DNA of 64,000 bases from an uncultured Gemmatimonadales bacterium (GCA_963695555.1 CAVOGR010000005.1:288001-352000); one strand, 5' to 3'; positions 21,845 through 34,905 are shown, counted from the stretch's first letter. Program-made: numbers and translations. Notes: generated by a model not told the origin, from the sequence alone.

Positions 21845-23574
21845 TCAGCGCGAGCCGGCAAGTTCGGATGCGGACGGATCGAGCCGGTCGTATGCGCCAC
21901 CCAACCACTCAGTGAGCAGGAAGGCCTCGAGGCCCATCCCGAGCAGGAAGAGGATGATGCCCGCACCGTAGGCCCCGAACCCCAGGGCAGGTTGGAGGTA
22001 GTACGCCGCAGCATATCCGACGACTACTGGTGGGGCAAGCGCGACGACGAGTGCCAGGAGGAAGGGCGGCGTGGCGAGCATGGTTTGTCCCAGCGCCTCC
22101 ACACCGCTCGGCCGGCGCGGGCCGAGGGTCACCCAGGCGGGGAAGAGCAGGGCAATCCCATTTTGGATCAGCATGCCGAGCAGGTTGACGGCCGGCAGCA
22201 CAACGACGGCGCCCGCAAAGAGTGCGAGCTTGCTTGCATCGTCGATGCCTGATACCGTCGCCCCGAAGGATGCCGCAAGGGCCAGCAGCAGGAGGCCAAG
22301 CTGGGCTGCGGTCAGCACCAGGGCCGATGAGGCAGCCTCGGCGCTGACGACCGTGGCGCCGCCTACCGGATACGCCCGTAACAGATCGGCGTATTCGAGG
22401 TCGCTTCGGAGATCATTCCGTACCCAAAGCGGGCCGAATACGAGCAACACTCCGGCCCAGCCGGCAAGCAGACCGCTCACGAGGCCGGCCCACGACTCTC
22501 GCTTGTGGCCCAGGACGGCAATAAACACGGCCGCGAACAGCACCGTGATCAGCACGATGCGCCTGAGCCGCTGCGCCCTGCCCACCGCCACGATGTTCTT
22601 CCAGATGATGGCGCCGCCGGCCCATCCACTCGGCGCCAGGCGGAAGATGGGCGCCGATGGCGGCCGGCCACGGCCGGCGACAGGCGTTCCCCCCGCTGGA
22701 TCGCCTCGATGGTGCGGGCGCGCTCGAGCGAAGCCTCCACTGAGGCTTCTTCGAATGCGGCGTCGGACCGGACCACCCAAATGAGGTGGAGCAGCAGAAT
22801 GACGACGGCGGGGGTCATGGCCCGAGCCCACTCGGCGACGGTTACCGCGGCGAGGGGATCGATTACCAACCGGAACGGAAACAGCACCACAGTGGTCACG
22901 GGGCGGTGGAGCACCTCGCCCAAGGTCTGGAACACGGCCGACAGGTCGGTCTGGAACGCGCGGCGGACGTCGGGCAGGGCATCGAGCACGCCCCAGGCCA
23001 CCGCGGCGAGTGTCAAGGCAATGATCGTGAGGGAGACCATCCGGCGCTTGGCACCCGCCCAGCCGTGGCGGGCCAGGCTGGTGCGAACGAATGAGGCGCC
23101 GATGCGGTGGAGGTGGATCGTGGACAAGAGGGTCCAGAGTGCCGCCGCGCGCGCGTACCAGGGAAGGCCGCGGGTCCCGGTCCTGAATAGCACAACCCAG
23201 AGGGCCACGTTCAACAGGATGACGAGCTGTGAGCGGAACAGCTTGTAGGCCACCAGCTGCCGCCGAGTGATTGGAGCGGGGAACAGGTAGTGGACCTCGG
23301 CCGGTGTGTAGATGAGTACGGCCTTGTCGCGGCCAAACACCCACCCCCACGCCACCATACCAGCCAGCGCCAGCGCGCCGAGCATCGCCACCCACTCGTA
23401 GGAAAGCGAGGCGCCACGGTCGGTCGAGAGGTTGGGCTGGACCAGAAGGAACCAGAGGTACGCGAAACCCAGGATCAGTGCGAGAGCGTAACGGGGGTTC
23501 TTGAGCTTGATGGCCTGACGGTAGAGTCGGTTCTTGATGGTATGAAGGACCAAGTACCCCAGGACGCGGATCAT
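21845..23574 (-). pseudogene. Putative ABC exporter permease, one frameshift near 22690 (probably an assembly error)
   Basis: N-part (MIRVLGYLV..YTPAEVHYLFPAPITRRQL) and C-part (IIWKN..RNDLRSDL) lie in different frames and join at the C6 run 22689-22694; coupled to the ABC ATPase. Confidence 0.75.
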
Positions 23575-24311
23575 GATCGAGGGGGCTCCGTGTTTCCGGT
23601 CAGGGCAAGGAAGACCTCCTCGAGCGGCAGTCCGGCCAGGTCGGGGCGATGGGAGATGATCTCCTCGATTGTGCCGAGCGAAACGAGCCGGCCGTGTTGA
23701 ATGATCAAGACCCGGGTACAGACCTCTTCCACCATGTGGAGGAGGTGAGAGCTGAGGATCACGGCCGATCCCAGCTGAGCCCGGCGTCGGATGGTCTCCT
23801 TCATGCGACGGATCCCGACGGGGTCGAGCCCGGTCAGCGGCTCATCGAAGAACACCGCCTTGGGATCGTGAAGCAGGCCGCACGCGATGGCGAGCTTTTG
23901 TTTCATGCCCCGGGACAGCTCGGCGGGGAGGGCGCTACGTTTGTCCACCAGCTCGAGCTCGCCCAGGAGCGGCCCGATGCGCTCCGGCGCGTCCGGCACG
24001 CGGTACAGCCGGCCGACGAAGCGCAGATGTTCCTCTACCGTCAGGTACTCGAACAGGTGCGGCTCGTCCGGGATGAAGGCCAGGGAGCGCTTTGCCTCGA
24101 GCGGCTGCCGAGCCAGGTCGAAACCGGCGATACGGATGGTTCCGCTGGTTGGGGGGATGATGCCCGAGATCGCCCGCAGGGTTGTGGTTTTGCCCGCGCC
24201 ATTGGGCCCCACCAGGCCAAGGACCTCACCCGGCTCCACCCGGAAGGTGAGCCGGTCGACGGCCAGGATATCCTGGCCGTAGAGCTTGGTGAGGCCGTCG
24301 ACTTCGATCAG
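23571..24311 (-). CDS. ABC transporter ATP-binding protein
   Basis: Walker A GPNGAGKT, LSRGMKQK, FFDEP; frame extends past the listed start as (L)IEVDGLTKLYG to a CTG at 24311 with GGAG 7 nt upstream. Confidence 0.9.
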   Translation of the reverse strand: MIEVDGLTKLYGQDILAVDRLTFRVEPGEVLGLVGPNGAGKTTTLRAISGIIPPTSGTIRIAGFDLARQPLEAKRSLAFIPDEPHLFEYLTVEEHLRFVGRLYRVPDAPERIGPLLGELELVDKRSALPAELSRGMKQKLAIACGLLHDPKAVFFDEPLTGLDPVGIRRMKETIRRRAQLGSAVILSSHLLHMVEEVCTRVLIIQHGRLVSLGTIEEIISHRPDLAGLPLEEVFLALTGNTEPPRS

Positions 24312-24362
24312 GGTTGGGCTCCGGTGACGGGACGGACGATGGGTGGTAAGTTAAGGGAGGAC

Positions 24363-24430
24363 AGGAGGGTAGGAAGGTAGGAGAGTAGGAGGGTAGGAGG
24401 TAGGAGAGTAGGGGAGGGTCCCTACTCCCC
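24363..24430. repeat. Tandem ~8-mer (AGGAGRGT-like) repeat with short inverted copy
   Basis: aggagggt aggaaggt aggagagt aggagggt aggaggt aggagagt agggg followed by ccctactcccc. Confidence 0.8.
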
Positions 24431-24517
24431 ATTCCTTTGAAACTTTAATCATACAGATCACGTTTCTCTCTGAAACGGACGTCATCTTCAAACATCGTGG
24501 CTGGGTGGAGGCATACA

Positions 24518-25204
24518 ATGAAAGCCTACTGGACCCGGATCGTGCTGGGAGCCTTCGTGGTATTCGGTATCGGGCTCGCGGTGTGGTTCGCCGTAACGAG
24601 GGCCAAGGAACAAGTCCATGTGGTGGTCGAGTCCGCCCGGCCCATCACGATTCCCATTCCGTTTTCCATCATTCCCTTTCGGGTCGACGGCGAGAAGTAT
24701 GGTGCCGTCCATCACGTGACCTTCTATCGGGACGCGCCCAAGTCGGTCGATCACATCGTGGTGCAGGTCAAACTCGCGGACAGCGTGGACGCGGCTCAAT
24801 TCAAGGATTGCCTCTTGTCGCTGGAGAATGTCGACAACATCGACGAGCACACGACGTTTGACTGCCTGAAGCGGGACACGGCCGACACGGGGCTGGTGCA
24901 GTTCGGCGAGGTGCAGCTCGATCCTTCAGGACTCATGGTTCCGCTCCTGCTGACCAAGTCGGATGTCGCCGATCTCCGGCACACGGACGAGGTAGTGCTC
25001 GAGCAAGAGCAGGCGCGGATGCAGGCGGCGGAAGCAGAGTGGGCGGGAGATTCGGCCCGGATGGCAGCGGAGGGCCTGGCCGATTCCATCAGCATTCAAG
25101 TGGAACGGCTGGTCGACTCGCTGGTCACCATCAAGAAGGTGCTCCGCCAGGAGGTCCGCCCCCCGCGGCCGCCGAAGCCGACAGTGAAGGTCGAGGTGCA
25201 ATGA
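24518..25204 (+). CDS. Hypothetical single-pass membrane protein
   Basis: GGAGG SD, N-terminal TM helix (YWTRIVLGAFVVFGIGLAVWF), plausible composition; no family recognised. Confidence 0.7.
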   Translation: MKAYWTRIVLGAFVVFGIGLAVWFAVTRAKEQVHVVVESARPITIPIPFSIIPFRVDGEKYGAVHHVTFYRDAPKSVDHIVVQVKLADSVDAAQFKDCLLSLENVDNIDEHTTFDCLKRDTADTGLVQFGEVQLDPSGLMVPLLLTKSDVADLRHTDEVVLEQEQARMQAAEAEWAGDSARMAAEGLADSISIQVERLVDSLVTIKKVLRQEVRPPRPPKPTVKVEVQ

Positions 25205-25205
25205 C

Positions 25206-25300
25206 GGGAGTAGGGAGTAGAGGAGTAGAGAACGGAGTGCTCTCCGGCCAACTCCCTACTCCCTCCTCCCTCTAGCAGCCACTAGCCCATAGCCCATAGC
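25206..25300. repeat. Inverted heptamer arrays (GGGAGTA)n/(ACTCCCT)n forming a hairpin, plus TAGCCCA repeats
   Basis: gggagta gggagta gaggagta ... actccct actccct cctccct; then tagccca tagccca tagc. Confidence 0.75.
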
Positions 25301-25304
25301 TGGC

Positions 25305-26102
25305 ATGCCCAACGTCGCGCTCATCCACAGGAACACCGAGGAAGCCAAGAGTCGAGTCGCGACGCTTCGGGCGGCGGGCTACACCGTGAGCTACAAGCCG
25401 GTCGGGCCCCAACTCCTGCGTGACTTGAAGCAGAAGCCGCCCGACGCTCTCGTCATCGACCTGACTCGCCAGCCGGGCATGGGCAGGGACGTGGCCATTG
25501 CCATGCGGCATGCGAAGAGCACGCGGTATGTCCCGCTGGTCTTTGTCGAGGGCGACCCGGCAAAGGTTGCGCGTATCCGGCAACAGGTTCCGGATGCGGT
25601 CCACACCACGTGGCCCAACATCCACCGCGGGCTCGAGCGGGCCATCGCCAATCCGCCAAAGAATCCGGTGGTTCCCGAGTCCGTTCTGGCGGGCTACTCC
25701 GGCACGCCGCTCCCGAAGAAGCTCGGCATAAAGCCCGGCTCGACGCTGGTCCTCCTCGCCGCCCCGCAAGGCTTCGAGCGCACGTTGGGCCCATTGCCCG
25801 ACAACGTCACCGTGAAGCGCCAGGCTCGGGGCCGGTCCGACCTGACCCTCTGGTTCGTCACGTCCATGAAGGACCTCACCAGCAGGCTCTCCCGCATCCT
25901 CCCCCTCACCGAGCAGGGCGGCGCGCTGTGGATGATCTGGCCTAAGAAGGCATCGGGGCAGCGCTCCGATCTGACCCAGGCCGAGGTGCGCCGCGTGGGG
26001 CTCGCCGCCGGCCTGGTCGACTTCAAGGTGTGCGCAGTGGACCAGACGTGGTCGGGGCTCAAGTTCGTGAGACGAAAGCAGGGGGGTAGGAGTAAGGAGT
26101 AA
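25305..26102 (+). CDS. Receiver-like N-terminal domain fused to DUF3052-like domain
   Basis: PDALVIDL..VPLVFV receiver-like pattern; GYSGTPLPKKLGIK..WPKKASG..GLVDFKVCAVDQTWSGLKF typical of DUF3052. Confidence 0.7.
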   Translation: MPNVALIHRNTEEAKSRVATLRAAGYTVSYKPVGPQLLRDLKQKPPDALVIDLTRQPGMGRDVAIAMRHAKSTRYVPLVFVEGDPAKVARIRQQVPDAVHTTWPNIHRGLERAIANPPKNPVVPESVLAGYSGTPLPKKLGIKPGSTLVLLAAPQGFERTLGPLPDNVTVKRQARGRSDLTLWFVTSMKDLTSRLSRILPLTEQGGALWMIWPKKASGQRSDLTQAEVRRVGLAAGLVDFKVCAVDQTWSGLKFVRRKQGGRSKE

Positions 26103-26193
26103 GGCGGGAGGGCTGAAAAGGGGGTAGGGCGGCTACCTCGCGGGCCAATAGCCTATAGCTGATAGCGGCAAGTTCAAAGAGGAGCCAAGAACC

Positions 26194-26820
26194 ATCACTA
26201 CCAAGCCTCACTGGGACGCGGTCTACGCCAAGCGGGCCCCCGACGAAGTGAGCTGGTACCAGGCCAATCCGAAGTGTTCACTCGCGTTCCTGGACGCGGC
26301 TGGTGCCACCCGCGACACCAGGATCGTCGACGTGGGCGGGGGAGCGGCACGCCTGGTCGATTGCCTGCTGGACCGTGGGTTTACCGACGTGACCGTGCTG
26401 GACATCTCCCAGGGTGCATTAGCGCGGGCCCAAGACCGGCTCGGCGGCCGGGCCAGAGCCGTGCGGTGGATCGAGGCTGACGTCACGGGGTTCGAGCCAT
26501 CCGAGCGGTGGGAGATCTGGCACGATCGTGCCGTGTTCCATTTCCTGACCGCGGCTCGAGACCGCGCTGCCTACCGGCGCACTATGATCGACTCCCTCGT
26601 GCCCGGCGGCCACGCCATCGTCGCCACCTTTGGCCCCCAGGGCCCGACCCGGTGCAGTGGGTTGGACGTCGTACGCTACAATGCCGCGCAACTCCTGGCC
26701 GAGCTGGGGCCTGGGTTGGAGCTCGTGGCTGAGCGAGAGGAGCTGCACCGAACACCGGGAGGCGTGGAACAGCAGTTCGTGTATGCGCTGTTTAGGAAGG
26801 AAAAGTCGCTCGACGGTTAA
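26194..26820 (+). CDS. Class I SAM-dependent methyltransferase
   Basis: HWDAVY..EVSWYQ, VDVGGG, LDIS, WHDRAVFHFL, CSGL; start uncertain (ATC 26194 after AGAGGAG, or GTG 26248). Confidence 0.85.
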   Translation: MTTKPHWDAVYAKRAPDEVSWYQANPKCSLAFLDAAGATRDTRIVDVGGGAARLVDCLLDRGFTDVTVLDISQGALARAQDRLGGRARAVRWIEADVTGFEPSERWEIWHDRAVFHFLTAARDRAAYRRTMIDSLVPGGHAIVATFGPQGPTRCSGLDVVRYNAAQLLAELGPGLELVAEREELHRTPGGVEQQFVYALFRKEKSLDG

Positions 26821-26896
26821 CAGCTAACAGCTAAGCAGCTAGCAGCTGTACCTTCTCGGTCCAATAGCCAATAGCCAATAGCCAATAGCCAATAGC
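26819..26896. repeat. Heptamer tandem repeats (AACAGCT)n and (CCAATAG)x5
   Basis: Five exact CCAATAG units at 26861-26895; aacagct aacagct aagcagct agcagct upstream. Confidence 0.9.
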
Positions 26897-27015
26897 AGGG
26901 GCGGGGGCCCGGTGGAGCGTTAGCCGATAGCCCTCCCCGATGCTACCTTCCCTAAGCCGTTATCCATCAATCCGATAGCCTGGTCCACGTCGGCCCGAAA
27001 TTTCCGGCACGACTT

Positions 27016-27044
27016 TTGACTGCGGCCGCCTCCATTATTAGCTT
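27016..27044 (+). promoter_or_regulatory. Sigma70-type promoter for kdsB operon
   Basis: TTGACT (27016-21), 17-nt spacer, TAGCTT (27039-44); ATG 5 nt downstream with no SD. Confidence 0.55.
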
Positions 27045-27049
27045 CCGTG

Positions 27050-30269
<3,220 letters not shown>

Positions 30270-30277
<8 letters not shown>

Positions 30278-30821
30278 TTCCGCCGTCGCGGGACGCGTGC
30301 GCCTGCTCGGTCTCGATGTCGACGGAGTGCTCACCGACAACGCTGTCTTCATCGGGATGGTCGACGGCAAACGACAGGAGTTCAAACGGTTCGACATCCA
30401 GGACGGCCTGGGCATCCGACTCCTTCATCCGCTCAACATCCCGGTTGTGCTGGTGAGCGGCAGGGAATCCGACGCCACCTTGCTTCGCGCCGAAGAACTC
30501 GGTGTGGATGAGGTGATCCAGGACGCCGGAGCGCGAAAGGTGCCGGCCTTCTCGAAAACTTTGGCCCGTCATGGCATCGGCTGGCGCGAAGTGGCCTACG
30601 TGGGGGACGACCTGGCGGACCTGCCGGTGCTTCGCCGTGTCGGCCTTCCGATCGCCGTGGCCAACGCCGTCGACGAGGTCAAAGAGATGGCCGCGTTCGT
30701 CACCGGCGCCCGAGGGGGCCACGGTGCGGTGCGGGAGGTCATCGAGATGCTGCTCCGGGCCCGTGGCATGTGGGAAGAGGCGCTCGGTCTCTACCTGGCG
30801 GAACGTGATGGCGACGACTAA
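30270..30821 (+). CDS. kdsC: KDO 8-phosphate phosphatase (HAD)
   Basis: LDVDGVLTD, DGLG, YVGDDLAD, GGHGAVRE. Confidence 0.9.
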
Positions 30822-31776
30822 TCGGGCTTCGCTGGTCGATATCGGCCGCCGGGTGCTTCAGATGGAAGCTGACGCCTTGGGCGACGTCGCGGCCAGGCTG
30901 GACGAGGCCTTTACCCGCGCGGTGGATATCTGTGCCAGGGCCCGTGGCAGGATCATCGTCTCGGGGGTTGGGAAGTCCGGCCTCATTGCCCGGAAAGTCG
31001 CCGCCACCCTGACGTCGACCGGCACGCCGGCAACCTACCTCCATCCCGTCGATAGCCAGCATGGAGATCTGGGCATCGTGGGGCAGGAGGACGTGGCCAT
31101 CCTGGTGAGCAAGAGTGGCGAGACGCAGGAGTTATTCGGTCTGGTCAATTCACTCCAACGGATGCGTGTTCCCATCATTTCGATCACAGGTCACCCCCAG
31201 TCGACCCTGGCCGCGCTGGCGGACGAGGTATTGGACGCGGGCGTGCCCGAAGAAGCCTGCCCCCTCGATCTGGCGCCGACCACGAGTACGACCGTGGCGC
31301 TGGCCATCGGCGACGCGCTGGCCGTGGCTCTGCTCGAGGTCAAGGGGTTCCGGCACGAGGACTTTGCTGCACTTCATCCCGGCGGCGCCTTGGGCCGGCG
31401 GCTCCTCCTGAGGGTTCGCGAGCTGATGCAGCCACCGGACGGCGTCGTGTCGCCGGACGGGACCATGCGCCAGGCGGTGATCGCGCTCGCGCAATACCGC
31501 GGACTGGCCATGGTGGTGACGAACGGGACCCTCCTCGGTGTGATCACCACGGGCGACCTGGCCCGACTGGCCGAGCGGGAGCCCGATTTCCTCGACGTAG
31601 CGATCGATCGGGTGATGACCAAGACGCCCAAGGTGGCGCATCCCGAAGACCTGGCTGCGGCCGCCGTGGGCACGATGGAACGAAACGGCGTGATCGCGTT
31701 GCCCGTGCTGGACGATCACGAGCGGGTGGTAGGCGTGGTGCACCTGCACGACCTGATGCGGGCGGGGGCCGTGTGA
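30808..31776 (+). CDS. kdsD: Arabinose 5-phosphate isomerase (KpsF/GutQ, SIS+CBS)
   Basis: GVGKSG, STGTP, HGDLG, EACPLDLAPTTST, HPGGALG, C-terminal CBS pair. Confidence 0.92.
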   Translation: MATTNRASLVDIGRRVLQMEADALGDVAARLDEAFTRAVDICARARGRIIVSGVGKSGLIARKVAATLTSTGTPATYLHPVDSQHGDLGIVGQEDVAILVSKSGETQELFGLVNSLQRMRVPIISITGHPQSTLAALADEVLDAGVPEEACPLDLAPTTSTTVALAIGDALAVALLEVKGFRHEDFAALHPGGALGRRLLLRVRELMQPPDGVVSPDGTMRQAVIALAQYRGLAMVVTNGTLLGVITTGDLARLAEREPDFLDVAIDRVMTKTPKVAHPEDLAAAAVGTMERNGVIALPVLDDHERVVGVVHLHDLMRAGAV

Positions 31777-32339
31777 CACGGCGCCACGTGCTATGCATCA
31801 TCGCGCTGGGCGGCGTAGCGCTTGCGGCGGCGGGGTGTGGTGAGACGGGTGTGCGGCCGACCGGGACGATGCAGGCCGCGGACACGGCGGACCAAGTGTT
31901 GGCCGACGTTTCCCACTACATCACCGGCGACGGGATTCGCCGGAGCCTGGTCAAAGCGGACACGGCCTACTTCTACGACGCGACCCAGACGGCGGAGCTG
32001 ATCAACATCACCGTCACCTTCTACGACGCGAACGGGAAGGAGACATCGACGCTCACAGCCAAGGAGGGGACCTATCGCTGGCAGACCGGCTCGATGGAGG
32101 CGCGGGGCAACGTGGTTGTGTTGTCTCCTGACGGTGAGCGGCTCCAGACCTCGGTGCTCCGGTATGACGAGCCAACCCACAGCATCACGACCGACCAGCG
32201 CTTCACGTACACGACCCCTAGGGAGCATCTCGAGGGCAACGGCTTCCGCTCCGATCCCGACTTCTTGAACGTGGTCACCGATCAACCGCGCGGCGGTGAG
32301 CGCGGGGTGATCGATCTTCCAGGCCAAGCGGAGCCATGA
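31773..32339 (+). CDS. lptC: LPS export periplasmic protein LptC
   Basis: Signal/lipobox (LAAAGC), beta-rich ARGNVVV..LQTSVLRYD; position between kdsD and lptA/lptB. Confidence 0.8.
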   Translation: MTRRHVLCIIALGGVALAAAGCGETGVRPTGTMQAADTADQVLADVSHYITGDGIRRSLVKADTAYFYDATQTAELINITVTFYDANGKETSTLTAKEGTYRWQTGSMEARGNVVVLSPDGERLQTSVLRYDEPTHSITTDQRFTYTTPREHLEGNGFRSDPDFLNVVTDQPRGGERGVIDLPGQAEP

Positions 32340-33739
32340 TCCGTGTCGGACTGGTGCTCTCGGTGACGACGTCGCTGGTCTTCGGCATGCCGCTCGCAGC
32401 CCAGTCGGACCGCTGCTTCTTCCAGGTGGAGCGTGTGGGTCGGCAGGGGGCGCAGGAGCCGACGGGCACGGGAAGCTTCAACTACTTCGCCGGGGGTGGC
32501 GTTCGACTGGTGTGCCGCAACACCGGTGTCTCGATGGAAAGCGACAGCGTCGCCTACTACAACGGTGGAGAGTACACCCACTTCATCGGCAGCGTGCGCT
32601 ACGTCGATTCTACCGTCACCATGACCGCCGCGTTCGGTACGTACTACAAGGCCAGCGAGCGCTGGGAAGCGCGCGACTCGGTGGTCCTGGTCAACCGGAC
32701 CAACGGCTCGACCCTGACCGGGCCGAGCCTGGATTACTATCGGGCCGTCACCGGCTTCCGCCCGGTGGAGGAAATGGTGGCGGTTGGGCGTCCCACCATC
32801 CGGTACTTCGGCACCGATTCCGCGGGCCAGCGCGAGGAGCCCTATCTCATCGTGGCCGACCGAGTCCGCATGCGTGGGGATGATCAGATGTGGGCCGCCG
32901 GCACGGTGATGATCGACCGGAGCGACTTTGCCGGGCGAAGCGATTCACTCCGGCTCGATACCGGGCTCGGAAAGGACGGCACCATGCTCGGGGGGCCGCC
33001 TGAGCTGCGCGGGCTGGGGACGGACCCGTACCGGCTGAACGGCACGCGGATCGATCTCACCTTGAACGAGAACGCCGACCTCACGTACGTCGTGGCCAAG
33101 GATAGCGCCCACACCGTGAGCGACGAGTGGGATCTGGTGGCAGACACCATCGCCCTCGACATCGAGAACGATCAACTGGCGCAGATGCTCGCGTGGGGAA
33201 AACGGATCCGGCCGCAGGCGACGTCGCCCGACTATCTGATCCGGGCCGACTCGCTGGCGCTGGACACGCCCAACCAAGTCCTCCGGGAGCTGCGCAGCTT
33301 CGGCACAGCTTGGCTCGGCTCGGCACCCGACTCGGTCACGGGCGAGCGCGATTGGATGGCTGGCGACACGGTCATTGCGCGATTTCGCGAGCGCGAGCCG
33401 AGTGATACCACCAGGGCCACCCTCGATCGGCTCGAGGCCCATGGAAGCGCGCGCTCCTTTCGTCAGATTCCCGACAAGGAGAGTCCGTGTCCTGACCCGT
33501 CGCTCAATTATGTGCGCGGGCAAACGATCATCGTCCACATGAAACCACCACCTGCAGAAGAGGTGGACCGGGTGGAGATCTTCGGTCAGGCGGACGGTAT
33601 TCAGCTCGAGCCGTGTGCGCAGCCGAGCCCGGCCGACTCGACGCGCCTGCGCGCGAAACCGACCAGGGTAGAGCGAGACTCAGTGGCCGCTCCGCGAGAC
33701 TCCACGACACCCGTACCGACGCCTGGAGCAGAGCCATGA
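32336..33739 (+). CDS. OstA/LptA-like beta-jellyroll protein (long)
   Basis: Signal peptide, repeated ADS/ADT beta-strand pattern; lptC-X-lptB synteny. Confidence 0.65.
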   Translation: MIRVGLVLSVTTSLVFGMPLAAQSDRCFFQVERVGRQGAQEPTGTGSFNYFAGGGVRLVCRNTGVSMESDSVAYYNGGEYTHFIGSVRYVDSTVTMTAAFGTYYKASERWEARDSVVLVNRTNGSTLTGPSLDYYRAVTGFRPVEEMVAVGRPTIRYFGTDSAGQREEPYLIVADRVRMRGDDQMWAAGTVMIDRSDFAGRSDSLRLDTGLGKDGTMLGGPPELRGLGTDPYRLNGTRIDLTLNENADLTYVVAKDSAHTVSDEWDLVADTIALDIENDQLAQMLAWGKRIRPQATSPDYLIRADSLALDTPNQVLRELRSFGTAWLGSAPDSVTGERDWMAGDTVIARFREREPSDTTRATLDRLEAHGSARSFRQIPDKESPCPDPSLNYVRGQTIIVHMKPPPAEEVDRVEIFGQADGIQLEPCAQPSPADSTRLRAKPTRVERDSVAAPRDSTTPVPTPGAEP

Positions 33740-34905
33740 TATTGCCATCGTGGCTCGAGTCGCTGCGTGAGCGCGACCCGTCGATCTCCATTGCGTTGGC
33801 CGCATTGGTGCGAGGTGCAGGGCCCGCAGGCCAGCTCGGTTTCCGGGACCTGGTCCACGCATATCGCGAGACCTTTCTGGCGTCCTACCGTAGCGTGAGC
33901 GAAACCTCGCCCCCCGAGTTGTCGGGCGATGAGGTCCGGGAAAACCTGTCCCGGTCGGTACTTCCGCGCCTGGTGGACGAAGGGTGGATCGAAGATGGCT
34001 CAGAGGATGGGTGGGCGGAGGTCCGCGCCAAGGGCCCGTGGTGGCCTGAAGCGGCGGATAACCGGGCCCAATACGTCCAGCTGCTGCTGGATCAGGCGGC
34101 TCAGGGCCTCGCCCGGCGGCACGCTCCCTCGGCGGTGGAGCCCCGGCCCGAGGGGAGTGTCCTGGAGGGGCAAGGATTGTGCAAATCCTTCAAGCGGCGT
34201 CGGGTGGTAGACAACGTGTCGGTCACGGTGCGGCAGGGGGAGATCGTGGGTCTCTTGGGTCCCAATGGGGCGGGGAAGACCACCACGTTCTATCTCTTGA
34301 CCGGGCTCATCCGGCCGGACGCCGGGGAAGTGAAGATCGACGGGCAGGACTACACCGACGCGCCGATGTATCAGCGGGCTCGCAGGGGATTGGGTTATCT
34401 TGCGCAAGAGCCGTCGGTGTTTCGGCGGCTCACGGTGGAGCAGAACCTGGTCGCCATCCTCGAGACGCTGGATTTGTCGAAGGCCGAGCGGGCCCAGCGC
34501 GTCGAGCAGCTGCTGGACGAATTGTCGATCAAGCACCTTCGGGGCAACAAGGCGTATGCCCTGAGTGGCGGTGAGCGACGGCGCCTGGAGATCACGCGCG
34601 CGCTTGTCACCGAACCGAAGTTCATGTTGCTGGACGAGCCGTTCGCCGGCATCGACCCGATTGCGGTGCACGACATCCAGACCATCGTAGCGGGTCTCCG
34701 GCATCGACGGATCGGGGTTTTGATCACGGACCACAACGTGGAGCAGACGCTGGATATCGTCGACCGGGCCTACATCATGTTCGAGGGCAGAGTGCAAGCG
34801 GCGGGTACGGTGCGCGACCTGGTATTCGATGACCGGGTGGCACAAGTGTACCTGGGGCCCACCCTGACCACACGGCTCCGCCAGCGGTTGGAGGCGGTGG
34901 CATGA
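33736..34905 (+). CDS. lptB: LPS export ABC ATPase LptB with N-terminal extension
   Basis: GLLGPNGAGKTTTF, GYLAQEPSVFR, LSGGERRRLEI, LDEPFAGIDP, ITDHNV; ATGA overlap with upstream stop. Confidence 0.92.
   Translation: MILPSWLESLRERDPSISIALAALVRGAGPAGQLGFRDLVHAYRETFLASYRSVSETSPPELSGDEVRENLSRSVLPRLVDEGWIEDGSEDGWAEVRAKGPWWPEAADNRAQYVQLLLDQAAQGLARRHAPSAVEPRPEGSVLEGQGLCKSFKRRRVVDNVSVTVRQGEIVGLLGPNGAGKTTTFYLLTGLIRPDAGEVKIDGQDYTDAPMYQRARRGLGYLAQEPSVFRRLTVEQNLVAILETLDLSKAERAQRVEQLLDELSIKHLRGNKAYALSGGERRRLEITRALVTEPKFMLLDEPFAGIDPIAVHDIQTIVAGLRHRRIGVLITDHNVEQTLDIVDRAYIMFEGRVQAAGTVRDLVFDDRVAQVYLGPTLTTRLRQRLEAVA

Noticed and set aside
24363..26896. CRISPR array
   Set aside because: Units are 7-8 nt tandem repeats without unique spacers; no cas genes
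27005..27020. Sigma54 promoter before kdsB (CGGCACGACTTTTGAC)
   Set aside because: Has GA rather than the conserved GC at -12 and overlaps a better sigma70 -35
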